From Theionarchaea archaeon (GTDB lineage: Archaea; Methanobacteriota_B; Thermococci; Methanofastidiosales; SZ-28-30): 64,000 nt of DNA. This document shows, piece by piece, positions 1 to 8,934 of the stretch. The stretch lies in assembly GCA_018992685.1 (NCBI GenBank), contig JACVGT010000014.1, positions 1-64,000 of the forward strand, read 5' to 3'. Made by a program: the position numbers and the translations under genes. A model generated the notes under the pieces. It did not search any database. It saw only the letters and a program-made list of their open reading frames with translations, and was not told the DNA's origin. The number at the start of each line of letters is the position of its first letter. Within the stretch, counting starts at the first letter, position 1.

Positions 1-22
1 TATTTTAATATGTTTAATGGGA

Positions 23-38
23 CCGAAATCTTTATATA
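23..38 (+). promoter_or_regulatory. BRE-TATA promoter of the heptad-repeat gene cluster
   Basis: CCGAAA followed by TTTATATA about 80 nt upstream of ATG 118. Confidence 0.6.
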
Positions 39-117
39 GGGTATATTTTTCTGCTGCTTCAGATTCCCGATGTAGCCTGGATGGTGAAAGACGATCTAAC
101 GGCGAAAGGTGATAAAA

Positions 118-774
118 ATGCGTAAGGACATAGTTGTAATTGAAATTAGGACTGTCCAGGATACAGATACAGCTATCCTGGAGCTAGATGACGCAGTACG
201 TGAAAGTACTGCCGCTCTGGATTGCGCGAAGGTACGACCTTCTGCTTCCGGACTCGTAAGGAATGCCTCTGGATTGGTGAGAGATGCATCTGGATTAGTT
301 AGGGATGCTTCAGGCTTGGTGAGAGATGCATCAAGACTGGTCACAGATGATGAGACTGCTTGTTCTTACCGGGGATTAACTGAGACTGTCCAGCATCTAT
401 CAAGAGGGTCTGTCCAGTTTTCACGGTACGTGAGACGGGTCATCACATTGGCAGAGACTGCTGATCCCTCAGCACTGGTACAGGACGTATCTGGACTGGT
501 GCGAGACGCATCTGGATTAGTGAGAGATGCATCCGGCTTGATATCCAATGCCTCTGGCCTGGTGAGAGGTAATTCCACAGAGAAAATCAATGCCCACATC
601 GAAAGAGCAAACGAAATCGACAAGAGAGCTGAACAACTTGAGAAGCAGGCAGGATATGCTGAGACTAAAGACATTGTGTTGCTGGCTGGCCAGGCTTCTG
701 GTCTCGTGAGAGATGCTTCAGGCCTTGTGAGAGATGCCTCTGGACTGGTGCGCGATTCAGGGTTAATCCCTTAA
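118..774 (+). CDS. Hypothetical protein with ASGLVRD heptad repeats
   Basis: AGGTGA RBS before ATG 118; about 13 heptads in three blocks with many synonymous differences between copies. Confidence 0.8.
   Translation: MRKDIVVIEIRTVQDTDTAILELDDAVRESTAALDCAKVRPSASGLVRNASGLVRDASGLVRDASGLVRDASRLVTDDETACSYRGLTETVQHLSRGSVQFSRYVRRVITLAETADPSALVQDVSGLVRDASGLVRDASGLISNASGLVRGNSTEKINAHIERANEIDKRAEQLEKQAGYAETKDIVLLAGQASGLVRDASGLVRDASGLVRDSGLIP
244..756 (+). repeat. Three blocks of degenerate 21-bp coding repeats (244-348, 466-570, 694-756)
   Basis: GCN TCN GGN YTN GTN MGN GAY units read directly from the sequence. Confidence 0.9.
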
Positions 775-796
775 TTCTTTTAAGGGGTGATAGTAC

Positions 797-1615
797 ATGG
801 ATGACAGAATGATTTCACTGGTACTGGTCCTTGTAGTAGTCATATCTGGGGTCAATTCAGTTGTTGTCCTGGTAGCTGTTTCGGACTATGATGTACCTGG
901 TCACATTACCGTGACTGTAGATCCTGCCACCTTGTTTTCTGAGTTACAGGAATCACCTGCACCACTGCCTGAATTCTACAGTATCGATGACTATGAATCT
1001 GAAGTTGACTATGAACTTGACATTGTTGATGCTGATAACACTGACTCTCTAAGAGAGACCTTTCACACGCTTGCCTCACTCTTCAGAAAGAATTCATACT
1101 TAATTGTGGGAGAGAAGGCTGAGACCCCTGATGTCCTGGGTGCAGCCAATATCTCCTACGCACTGGCCTGGGGTGGGTGCCAGGAAAACCCGGAGAGCAG
1201 GACTGATACGCTGTTAACGAGCGAGGAACATGATAAGGGAAATCTCATTGTTGTGGGAGGACCTGCAGTGAACGAGATAGCTGTTGAACTGGGGAGATTA
1301 CTGAGAATCACCTATGAGTACAACATCAATGAATCCTTCAAGATCAATGCTGAGTCGAAGTCCATCTACCTGGATCTAGAGAAGTACCCACAAGAGGATA
1401 TCTGCCTTGTGTACTTGAGGGAATTCAGGGGACGGAACATCCTGATGGTCTGGGGCTACGGGTGGCAGGGTACATTAGCTGGCTCGATCTTTGTGGCTAA
1501 CCCTGATACCTGGAAAGACTATGAGGACTGCCGGATGGTGTTACTGCGCTGGAAGGATCTCAATGAAGATGGGTTGATTCAGGAGTCAGAAATTGCTGTG
1601 GAGGAATCTCTATGA
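797..1615 (+). CDS. Membrane-anchored/secreted protein with S-layer-like C-terminal domain
   Basis: N-terminal hydrophobic helix; GNLIVVGGPAVN motif; closely resembles the C-terminus of 23208-25259. Confidence 0.75.
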   Translation: MDDRMISLVLVLVVVISGVNSVVVLVAVSDYDVPGHITVTVDPATLFSELQESPAPLPEFYSIDDYESEVDYELDIVDADNTDSLRETFHTLASLFRKNSYLIVGEKAETPDVLGAANISYALAWGGCQENPESRTDTLLTSEEHDKGNLIVVGGPAVNEIAVELGRLLRITYEYNINESFKINAESKSIYLDLEKYPQEDICLVYLREFRGRNILMVWGYGWQGTLAGSIFVANPDTWKDYEDCRMVLLRWKDLNEDGLIQESEIAVEESL

Positions 1616-2031
1616 TGAAACAGTACTTTGATCTCAATGAAAGGGTGAAAAGAGCATGGGAGAATAACAACGGTGGCTCTCTGAATAATGGCATGATACC
1701 AGCTGCACTCCAGACTGAAGAACTGGATACGCCTGAACCTGGTGCACTGCATTATCTCTCCATACTTCGCCAGGTACTCATGTATCTGGGAGCCTTCGTA
1801 GGTGTTCTGTTGAGTTCTGCTATTATGGAGTTCAGATCTGGTTCAATAGATCCAGCCATCAGTATTCCTGAAGTGATCCTCTCTGCTGCGGTTGCTTTCG
1901 TCATTATCCCCGTGGTCTACGAGAAACTAAATTTGAACCCTGACGCCCCCTTCATTGTCCAGTTCGCTCTCTTTGTCCAGAATGGGGTATTCTGGCACAT
2001 GCTCATTGACTCTATTGGGGCCATCATGTGA
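1612..2031 (+). CDS. Small membrane protein (about 3 TM helices)
   Basis: Overlaps the upstream stop; three hydrophobic segments. Confidence 0.7.
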   Translation: MMKQYFDLNERVKRAWENNNGGSLNNGMIPAALQTEELDTPEPGALHYLSILRQVLMYLGAFVGVLLSSAIMEFRSGSIDPAISIPEVILSAAVAFVIIPVVYEKLNLNPDAPFIVQFALFVQNGVFWHMLIDSIGAIM

Positions 2032-2069
2032 GACCAACGATGCAACATACAATTTATGGATGGGATACC

Positions 2070-2327
2070 ATGCGCACACAACGTCTCAGTTTTGTGGTGG
2101 ATAAAGACACGGAAAAGGAATTCCGCAGGATCATGAGTCACTTCAGCACAGGGAATAAGAATCAGACCTTCATCTGGCTGGTGAAAGAATTCAGGAGAAT
2201 CCTCTTTGAGGCACAGTTGTACAGGCGTCTGGTCAAGGATGTCAAGCCCCATGAATCTCTGTGGGATAGCACTGATGATACTCAGATGACCGAATGTAAC
2301 GTCTGCCAGGATCCTGACGGGAGGTGA
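2070..2327 (+). CDS. Small protein, possible ribbon-helix-helix DNA-binding protein
   Basis: RLSFVVDKDTEKEFRRIM strand-helix pattern; start uncertain (2028/2040/2070). Confidence 0.5.
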   Translation: MRTQRLSFVVDKDTEKEFRRIMSHFSTGNKNQTFIWLVKEFRRILFEAQLYRRLVKDVKPHESLWDSTDDTQMTECNVCQDPDGR

Positions 2328-2331
2328 TACC

Positions 2332-2475
2332 ATGGAGTACAAGAAAGGTATGAGTATTAAGGAGTTCTACGAGGAGAACAAGGAGTGGCTCCAGAAAATC
2401 GCAATGAGTGGTGACATTGTGGTCAGGAGTATGGCTCTGGCCATAATGGAACTAGGGGCAGATCCTGAGCAGTGA
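2332..2475 (+). CDS. 47-aa hypothetical protein (not in ORF track)
   Basis: GAGGTGA RBS, ATG 2332, MEYKKGMSIKEFYEENKEWLQKIAMSGDIVVRSMALAIMELGADPEQ, followed by a T-rich tract. Confidence 0.7.
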   Translation: MEYKKGMSIKEFYEENKEWLQKIAMSGDIVVRSMALAIMELGADPEQ

Positions 2476-2499
2476 TTTTACAGGCAGCGTATGCTGCCA

Positions 2500-2526
2500 T
2501 CTTTCATTTTTTTCCTTTTGATTTCC
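2500..2526 (+). terminator. Oligo-T archaeal terminator
   Basis: Oligo-T runs at about 2500-2526, right after the last gene of the cluster. Confidence 0.5.
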
Positions 2527-2817
2527 TATCTGTTCCATGAACAAGATTCTCAACTGGGTTTCTTGGGCGTATTGATTCTACATATCATGAGAAGAATGAG
2601 AATCCACCCTAACCTTTATATACTTGCTTTGCATAAAAGGAACAACGGGGACGTTCGAGTTAAATGTAGATCCCCATGAGACCACAATAGCAAGGTTGTA
2701 GGATGAGTCCTTCGGTCTTGGATCGAAAGAATACATGAGATGTCAATGATGGAGGACAAAGATGTTGAGACCGAAAAGGCAAGTGGAAACCTTAGAAGGA
2801 ACATTAGAGGTGTTATA

Positions 2818-3066
2818 ATGAATAAAAGAGATTCTTGGAGATATGAACTAAGACATGGGCATGAAATTGTATATATTGGCATAACAAATGATCCAGAGAG
2901 ACGTGAAACTGAACATAAAAGTGAAAGAAAGAGATTCACTAACATGAATATTGTTGGACCTTCAGTAACAAGAAAGACTGCGGAGAAGTGGGAAGAAGAA
3001 AGACTCAGGACTTATCGAAGAAATCACAGGAAGAAGAGCCCAAAATACAATAAGACAGATAGATAG
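2818..3066 (+). CDS. Minimal GIY-YIG nuclease family protein
   Basis: WRY...YIGITNDPERRETEH motif; GAGGTG RBS before ATG 2818. Confidence 0.75.
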   Translation: MNKRDSWRYELRHGHEIVYIGITNDPERRETEHKSERKRFTNMNIVGPSVTRKTAEKWEEERLRTYRRNHRKKSPKYNKTDR

Positions 3067-3146
3067 GGATTAACCAGATTAGCAAGGAAGGGGAGAGGAA
3101 TGAAAACACTGTTCATTCCTACCCAAAACAACGAGGAGGTCAAAAT

Positions 3147-3359
3147 GTGATTCGAAAGCCTGTCAGTTCAAGCAACTTGAGATCAGTTGGTTACGATTCC
3201 GAATCTAGAATCTTGGAAGTTGAATTTCAGGGTGGTGGCATTTATCAATACTTTGATGTTCCTGAATCTACGTACGATGCATTAATGTCTGCACCTTCTC
3301 ATGGTTCATACTTCCATCGTCACGTTAGAAACAGATATCAGTATAGAAAGATGCAATAG
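3147..3359 (+). CDS. KTSC domain protein
   Basis: SSNLRSVGYD...LEVEF..G.IYQYFDVP...LMSAPSHGSYFH is the KTSC consensus; GAGGAGG RBS. Confidence 0.9.
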   Translation: MIRKPVSSSNLRSVGYDSESRILEVEFQGGGIYQYFDVPESTYDALMSAPSHGSYFHRHVRNRYQYRKMQ

Positions 3360-3366
3360 TGGTAGA

Positions 3367-5316
3367 ATGAGAATCAAGGATGTCCATGTCCAGAATTTCC
3401 GGTGTATTAAGGATCAAGTACTACCTTGCGAGCAGCTGACAACGCTCATCGGACCTAATAGCTCTGGGAAGTCATCCTTCCTAAGGGCTTTGGATATGTT
3501 CTATACATCAAATGCAAAGTATACCGAAGAAGATTTCTATAACAAAGATGCCTCGCAGGAAATCAGAATTAAGATTACATTTACAGATCTAACAATAGAG
3601 GAGATGAAAAATTTCCAAAAATATGTAGAAAGTGGAGATTTGACTGTTGAAAAGGTGATGAGCTGGCCCCCAGGAAAAACAAGTCAGAAATACTACGGAA
3701 ATCACCTTCAGAATCCTGACTTTGATTCTTTTCGCTCAGCGGGTGGAACCAGTCTGAGAGCAGAATACAGTAGATTACATGAAAATGGATATCCAGACTT
3801 TCCTCCTTATACGAACAAAGATGATGCTGAAGGAATATTACAAGAGTGGGAAGAATCTCATCCTAACAAGTGTGTTCAGGTCCGGGATGATGGCCAGTTC
3901 TTTGGGTTCAAGGAAGTCGGGAGAGCTCATCTTGAACGCTGTACACGATTCATCTTAGTTCCTGCTGTTCGTGATGCGTCTGAAGATGCTATGGAAGGAA
4001 GAGGTGCGCCTTTGACAGAAATCATGGATGTGGTTGTGAGAAGCGTTCTCTCACAACGAAATGACTTGGTTGAGTTACAAGAAACAACTCGGGAGCAGTA
4101 CAAGAGGATTTTAGATCCTGACAGTCTCTCAGAATTGCAGAGACTCCAACAGGACCTGAGCGCTACACTTCAAGTCTATATTCCAAATGTTGGAGTCCAG
4201 TTAGAATGGGAAACTGTTGACGTCTTTGATATTCCAATGCCAAGAGCCAATGTTAGGCTCATAGAAGATAAATATCCTTCATCTGTGGAAAGAACTGGTC
4301 ACGGCCTGCAGCGTGCTTTCATCATGACCATGCTCCAGTATCTCGCTCTTGCACAATCAAGGACAAGTGAAGACATCGAACCGTCTTCAGGAATGTTAAG
4401 TCTAATCATAGGCATAGAGGAACCAGAGCTTTATCAGCATCCTAATAGACAACGCCATCTTTCCAAGGTGCTCTTGAGACTTGTGGATGAGGGTATAAGA
4501 GGAGTTGCGAAGTCCACACAAATCATCTACACAACACACTCCCCTTTGTTTGTCGATATGGGCCGCTTTGGCAGCGTACGAAGACTGTGTAAGCTTCAAG
4601 GAGAATCCGACACATCTAGCATGCCAAAGCAAACTAGAGTATTCCACACAACACTTGATGAAGTTGCTAAGGCAATCGAAAAAATCGATGAGAAACCAGA
4701 GGGCACCTATACCGGGGCCACGTTAGAACCTCGGCTTTGGACGCTGATGACCCCGTGGATGAACGAAGGATTCTTTGCTGATGTTGCTGTGCTAGTTGAA
4801 GGAGAAGAAGATCGAGCCGCAATATTGGGCATGGCTACGGCAATGGGATATGATTTGGAGAGCATTGGAATCTCTGTTATCCCCTGCATGGGAAAAAGAA
4901 ATCTTGATAGACCCACAGTAATCTTTTCAAAATTAGGAATTCCTGTTTATGGCATTTGGGATAGCGATTATGAGGGGAATAATTCCAAACCGGAAGAAAA
5001 TCACAGATTATTAAGACTCTTTGACCAATCCTGTAAGGAAGATTGGCCTGAGAAGGTAACAGATCACTTTGCCTGTTTCAAATATTCTCTTAATAGGACC
5101 TTGTCCGCCGAAATCGGTTATGATTTATTCAGAAACATTCTAGATTCACTTTGTAAGAAATACAATATAGAAAGAATAAAAAACGCAAAAAAAAATCCTT
5201 TAATTGTACAGAAGACTATCATCAGAGCGCAAGAAAAAAGAAAGTCAAGCAAAACTCTTGAAGATATCGTTTCAAAGATAATTTCGCTCAAACAAGGAAC
5301 CGATCTTGTTGAATGA
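3367..5316 (+). CDS. OLD-family ATP-dependent nuclease (ABC ATPase + TOPRIM)
   Basis: NFR motif, Walker A GPNSSGKS, G.GLQR signature, IEEPELYQHP, TTHSP, TOPRIM LVEGEED and DSD. Confidence 0.9.
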   Translation: MRIKDVHVQNFRCIKDQVLPCEQLTTLIGPNSSGKSSFLRALDMFYTSNAKYTEEDFYNKDASQEIRIKITFTDLTIEEMKNFQKYVESGDLTVEKVMSWPPGKTSQKYYGNHLQNPDFDSFRSAGGTSLRAEYSRLHENGYPDFPPYTNKDDAEGILQEWEESHPNKCVQVRDDGQFFGFKEVGRAHLERCTRFILVPAVRDASEDAMEGRGAPLTEIMDVVVRSVLSQRNDLVELQETTREQYKRILDPDSLSELQRLQQDLSATLQVYIPNVGVQLEWETVDVFDIPMPRANVRLIEDKYPSSVERTGHGLQRAFIMTMLQYLALAQSRTSEDIEPSSGMLSLIIGIEEPELYQHPNRQRHLSKVLLRLVDEGIRGVAKSTQIIYTTHSPLFVDMGRFGSVRRLCKLQGESDTSSMPKQTRVFHTTLDEVAKAIEKIDEKPEGTYTGATLEPRLWTLMTPWMNEGFFADVAVLVEGEEDRAAILGMATAMGYDLESIGISVIPCMGKRNLDRPTVIFSKLGIPVYGIWDSDYEGNNSKPEENHRLLRLFDQSCKEDWPEKVTDHFACFKYSLNRTLSAEIGYDLFRNILDSLCKKYNIERIKNAKKNPLIVQKTIIRAQEKRKSSKTLEDIVSKIISLKQGTDLVE

Positions 5317-5495
5317 GCGTGTTGGACAATCTTGAATCTGGAGTTTAACCTCAGCTATAATGGAATTAGAAGCAGATCCTGAGAAGTAGTCCGATAAATA
5401 GCTTATGTTGTCTATCCTAGAAATGTGTATGAAAAGCAGTTAATCCACCATGTTCTCTTTTTCACCAAGAAAGAGAAAAGAGAAATATCATTTGT

Positions 5496-6716
5496 TCATG
5501 TCTCTTCCACCATTGCTCTCATTTTCTTCAACAGCTCCGGATGCTTCTCAAGCAATTCAAGCATATCTCTGAACTTCTTCATTTCCTCGAGTACTCCAAT
5601 GTCCTCAACGCCGAGATCCGGGAAACCTTTTGTTAGCTCCCTGCTCTCCATCTCCAGTTTCATCCTTTCCTTCTCATCAAGGACTGTCCCACATCTGCCA
5701 CAGTAGCTGCTCAAAGGTGAATTGATGTACTTGCACCGGGGGCACACCTGGGGTTTCAACTTCTCCTTTCCTTCTTTATTTCTGGGTTTCAACCCATGGA
5801 TCTGCAGGATCTTATCATCAACATCTCTCCCACTCAAGTGGACATACGTACCTGGCATATCACTGCCCTGAACCCACCCGAAATACACGTTCATCTCAGC
5901 TTCTGTCAACTCCTTGGCCAGATGGGTGGCCCTGGAATGCCTGAATAAATGCAGGTTAATCTTCTTCTTTATCCCTGCCTTCTTGGCAATTCTCTTGACA
6001 TTCTGGGCTATCCCTTCGTACCGAATCCCTTCTTTTTTATAGTTCGTTGAGAGATTTATCCACAGAGGTGCCTCTGGGTCAGCTCTCCGAGGGTGCATTT
6101 CCATCCAGTTAGAGAGAGTGGAAGCAAAGCTGACTATTCTGACCCTTCTTTCTCCTGTTTTGCCTCTTACTCTTATAGCTGCCCCGTTGTCATCAAATTC
6201 AACACTCTTCATTTTCAAAGAAGCAAGTTCCCCAATTCTTAACCCCCCTTCGTACAGGAGTCCTATCATGGCTTTGTTTCTGGGGTGATCTGCTGCCTCG
6301 ATTAGGTTTTCAATTTCAGATTTTGTCAGGATTTCGCCAGGGAGCTTTGTTCTTCTTTTCCTCAGCGCGATGCTCACATCCTTAACCAGTTCATCTCTAC
6401 CCAGGTAGCGGAAAAACCGCCTCAGTACTACTCTATAATCCTTCTTGGTGTGTTCTGAAAAATCTGATTTCTCCAGGTTGGAGAGAAATCGCGTAATATC
6501 TTCCTCATCCACCTCCAGAAAGCTCTTGCCCATTCTCTCAGACATCTTCTTCAGGTGATCTGCGTACTTTACCACCCTGGGTCTTGATATCCCTTCCGAA
6601 AACAGCTTTTCCAGGAATTTTAGAATAAGTTCTGGGTTGTCTCTTTCCTTCAGTCCCTTCACTCTCTTCTCAACACTTGCCAATCGGTAGTTATAATCGT
6701 ACAGCATGAGGCACAT
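5496..6716 (-). CDS. Tyrosine recombinase/integrase with C-terminal zinc ribbon
   Basis: LRIGE, RGKTG, HLFRH, FGW and TYVHL catalytic motifs; CPRC...CGRC. Confidence 0.92.
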   Translation of the reverse strand: MCLMLYDYNYRLASVEKRVKGLKERDNPELILKFLEKLFSEGISRPRVVKYADHLKKMSERMGKSFLEVDEEDITRFLSNLEKSDFSEHTKKDYRVVLRRFFRYLGRDELVKDVSIALRKRRTKLPGEILTKSEIENLIEAADHPRNKAMIGLLYEGGLRIGELASLKMKSVEFDDNGAAIRVRGKTGERRVRIVSFASTLSNWMEMHPRRADPEAPLWINLSTNYKKEGIRYEGIAQNVKRIAKKAGIKKKINLHLFRHSRATHLAKELTEAEMNVYFGWVQGSDMPGTYVHLSGRDVDDKILQIHGLKPRNKEGKEKLKPQVCPRCKYINSPLSSYCGRCGTVLDEKERMKLEMESRELTKGFPDLGVEDIGVLEEMKKFRDMLELLEKHPELLKKMRAMVEET

Positions 6717-6939
6717 TTCCCTCCCTCTTTATAAACATTTTGGATGGGCATCAAACCCTCACATATTATGCTCGGCAGGGGCGTGAATCTACTTTTTTGA
6801 TCCCTAGTAGCCTTTTCTCTTTTCATTCCTACTTAGAAGTACAGGAGACTCTCTGTTATGAGAAGGAGTGGCTGTTGCTGAAAAAGAGATAGCTCCAGGC
6901 TCCCCTTTCATCTGATTCCACATATTCACTTTGGCTTCT

Positions 6940-7254
6940 TCAGGACAACAGGTGGTTTATGAGATAGGTGACTATCCAGATTGCAATCAAGAAAACCACA
7001 GAGGCAACGAATGCCTTTGGCCATGTGGTGAAATATGCTAACCTGACCAAAACCATGACGACAACAAACACAATCACTAACCCTGCAAGAGGAATCCAAC
7101 CCAGAAGTATGCCCACAAATGAGCCGACTAAGGCCACGAAGAATGCCTTCTTCAAACTAGCATTCTTGATCCCGGCGAAAGACACACTCAGGTGCACTAT
7201 GATTGTGCCGATGACCACCATAGTGATCAAACTTGCCAGCTCTGCAAAAACCAT
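6940..7254 (-). CDS. Small membrane protein (about 4 TM helices)
   Basis: GAGGTG RBS; hydrophobic sequence. Confidence 0.75.
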   Translation of the reverse strand: MVFAELASLITMVVIGTIIVHLSVSFAGIKNASLKKAFFVALVGSFVGILLGWIPLAGLVIVFVVVMVLVRLAYFTTWPKAFVASVVFLIAIWIVTYLINHLLS

Positions 7255-7548
7255 TTTTCAACACCTCAACTCCTTTTTCAGGCTATCCTTAAAAAAGTAT
7301 CTTCTCAGCTAGATCAGGTCTCCTGGGGCTTCTGCCTACAAGAAAAAGCGGTCGCATGATCTTGAGAATGGGAAATTCCTTTTGGAACCAGGAAATCATT
7401 GGGAATCCGAGCAATGAGGTTACTTGCTGACTCCTGTGTCTTACAGAAGGAATGGTGCTACTATCGTTCTGGAAGCATTAAAACCGTGTTCACATGCACT
7501 ACAGGTGCAATACAGAACCTTTTTAAGTATCTCACCCGAATTCTTCCC

Positions 7549-8934
7549 ATGAAAGTGTGCCTTCTAGTTCTACTGATGCTGGGCTTGCAGGGGTCTGTCC
7601 TGGTCAATGAGGATATGAGTGTCTACCAATATCTTGAATACACTGTTCTTGCTACAGATACGCTTCCTGAAGATCTTTCCCCCTATGACATCATCGTCAT
7701 TTCAACTCCCACCAGACTGTACGAAGATGATGAGATTCAGACCATCAGAACGTTTGTGGAATCTGGAGGAGGACTCCTCCTCTTAGCAGAAGAAAACAAT
7801 AAAGACGGCACAACCTTGGTGATAAATCAGATAGCCCAGGAATTTTCGATAACCTTCAACGTCGACAGAATATTTGATGAACAACACTACCTTCAGCACA
7901 CTGCCTGGATCACCCTCACCGCCTTTCCAGAACATTCAATCTTCGAAGGTGTCAAGACAGTGGTGTACACGTCAGGGTGCACGCTGGTATCTGACGGTGG
8001 CACCCTTTTGCAGACTACAGATTCTGCCTACGCCCAGAAATATGATGGACTAGCTACGTATGAGAAAGGAGAAGCTCCCAGCTGCATGGTAATAAAAGAA
8101 GTAGGAGAAGGAAGAGTCATTGCGTGTGGGGATAAAGAACTATTTGATGCCTATTCACCTCTCGGAGATAACACATTGTTTGCCCTGAATGTCATTGACT
8201 GGCTGGCAGGCAATGCGCCGCGAATCAGGGAACGGTTGCTGTACAGACAGGAAGCAGCTGAGCTCATCCCAGAAGCGAAGCTGGCTGTAGAAGCGGCAAA
8301 GGAAAAGGGGCTGCAGGAGGTATTCCCCCATTCTGTAGAAATGGCTGAAACTCTCATAGTGGAGGCTGAAATATTATTTAGTGCGTATGACTACTTTGGG
8401 TCTCATCAGAAGGCGATGCAGGCCAGAGATTTCATTCTGGATGGTGAAGAGCAGGCTGAGATTCTGGTGAACCAGAAGACAGACCACGCTCAAGCCTGCC
8501 TTGATGCTATTGAAGCGGGGGCGCGTCAGTATTTGCCCTCTCAGTTTGAGGCGGCCCAGTATTATCTCCAGGAAATAGATTCTCAGACCACATACAGGCA
8601 AAAGACAGAAAAAGCAGATGAGGCATTGAGTCGATGCGAGGAAATTCGGTCTGAACTGCGTGGAGCTGCAGATAAAGAGATTGCAGCAGCAGAAGAGAAG
8701 ATAAAATCATACAGAGGACTCTTTGGCAGAACACTGCACCATTCTGCTCGTGTTCATCTGGAGAATGCCACGGACAGCTATGAAAAGGAAGCGTTTGGCG
8801 ACGCTATTCTCATGGCAAGGCAATCTCAGGAATTCTCAGATCAGGCGGCAGAGGAGCAGAAAAAAGACTACATCCTGCTGGTTGGTGTGGTACTGGTGGC
8901 AATACTGGGGCTGTACATATACCTGAGAAAATGA
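7549..8934 (+). CDS. Secreted GldG/DUF4350-like (GATase1-like fold) protein with helical stalk and C-terminal TM anchor
   Basis: Signal peptide; FVESGGGLLLLAE, GEGRVIACGD and DNTLFALNVIDWL motifs; C-terminal TM plus LRK. Confidence 0.7.
   Translation: MKVCLLVLLMLGLQGSVLVNEDMSVYQYLEYTVLATDTLPEDLSPYDIIVISTPTRLYEDDEIQTIRTFVESGGGLLLLAEENNKDGTTLVINQIAQEFSITFNVDRIFDEQHYLQHTAWITLTAFPEHSIFEGVKTVVYTSGCTLVSDGGTLLQTTDSAYAQKYDGLATYEKGEAPSCMVIKEVGEGRVIACGDKELFDAYSPLGDNTLFALNVIDWLAGNAPRIRERLLYRQEAAELIPEAKLAVEAAKEKGLQEVFPHSVEMAETLIVEAEILFSAYDYFGSHQKAMQARDFILDGEEQAEILVNQKTDHAQACLDAIEAGARQYLPSQFEAAQYYLQEIDSQTTYRQKTEKADEALSRCEEIRSELRGAADKEIAAAEEKIKSYRGLFGRTLHHSARVHLENATDSYEKEAFGDAILMARQSQEFSDQAAEEQKKDYILLVGVVLVAILGLYIYLRK

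Larger units (their letters stand above)
1..6716. mobile_element. Probable end of an integrated element/genomic island (left boundary outside the window)
   Basis: Integrase next to defence-like and hypothetical genes with AT-richer stretches, followed by core genes; no att site identified. Confidence 0.6.

Noticed and set aside
96-674. Minus-strand ORFs with SLTNPDA repeats
   Set aside because: Antisense shadows; the promoter, RBS and synonymous pattern favour the plus strand
3367-5316. Calling the OLD gene Gabija or a retron effector
   Set aside because: No GajB-like helicase or reverse transcriptase in the neighbourhood
6765-6795. GCTCGGCAGGGGCGTGAATCT as a tRNA 3'-end att remnant
   Set aside because: The minus-strand reading lacks the TTCRA T-loop consensus and a pairing T-stem, and no second copy exists in the window
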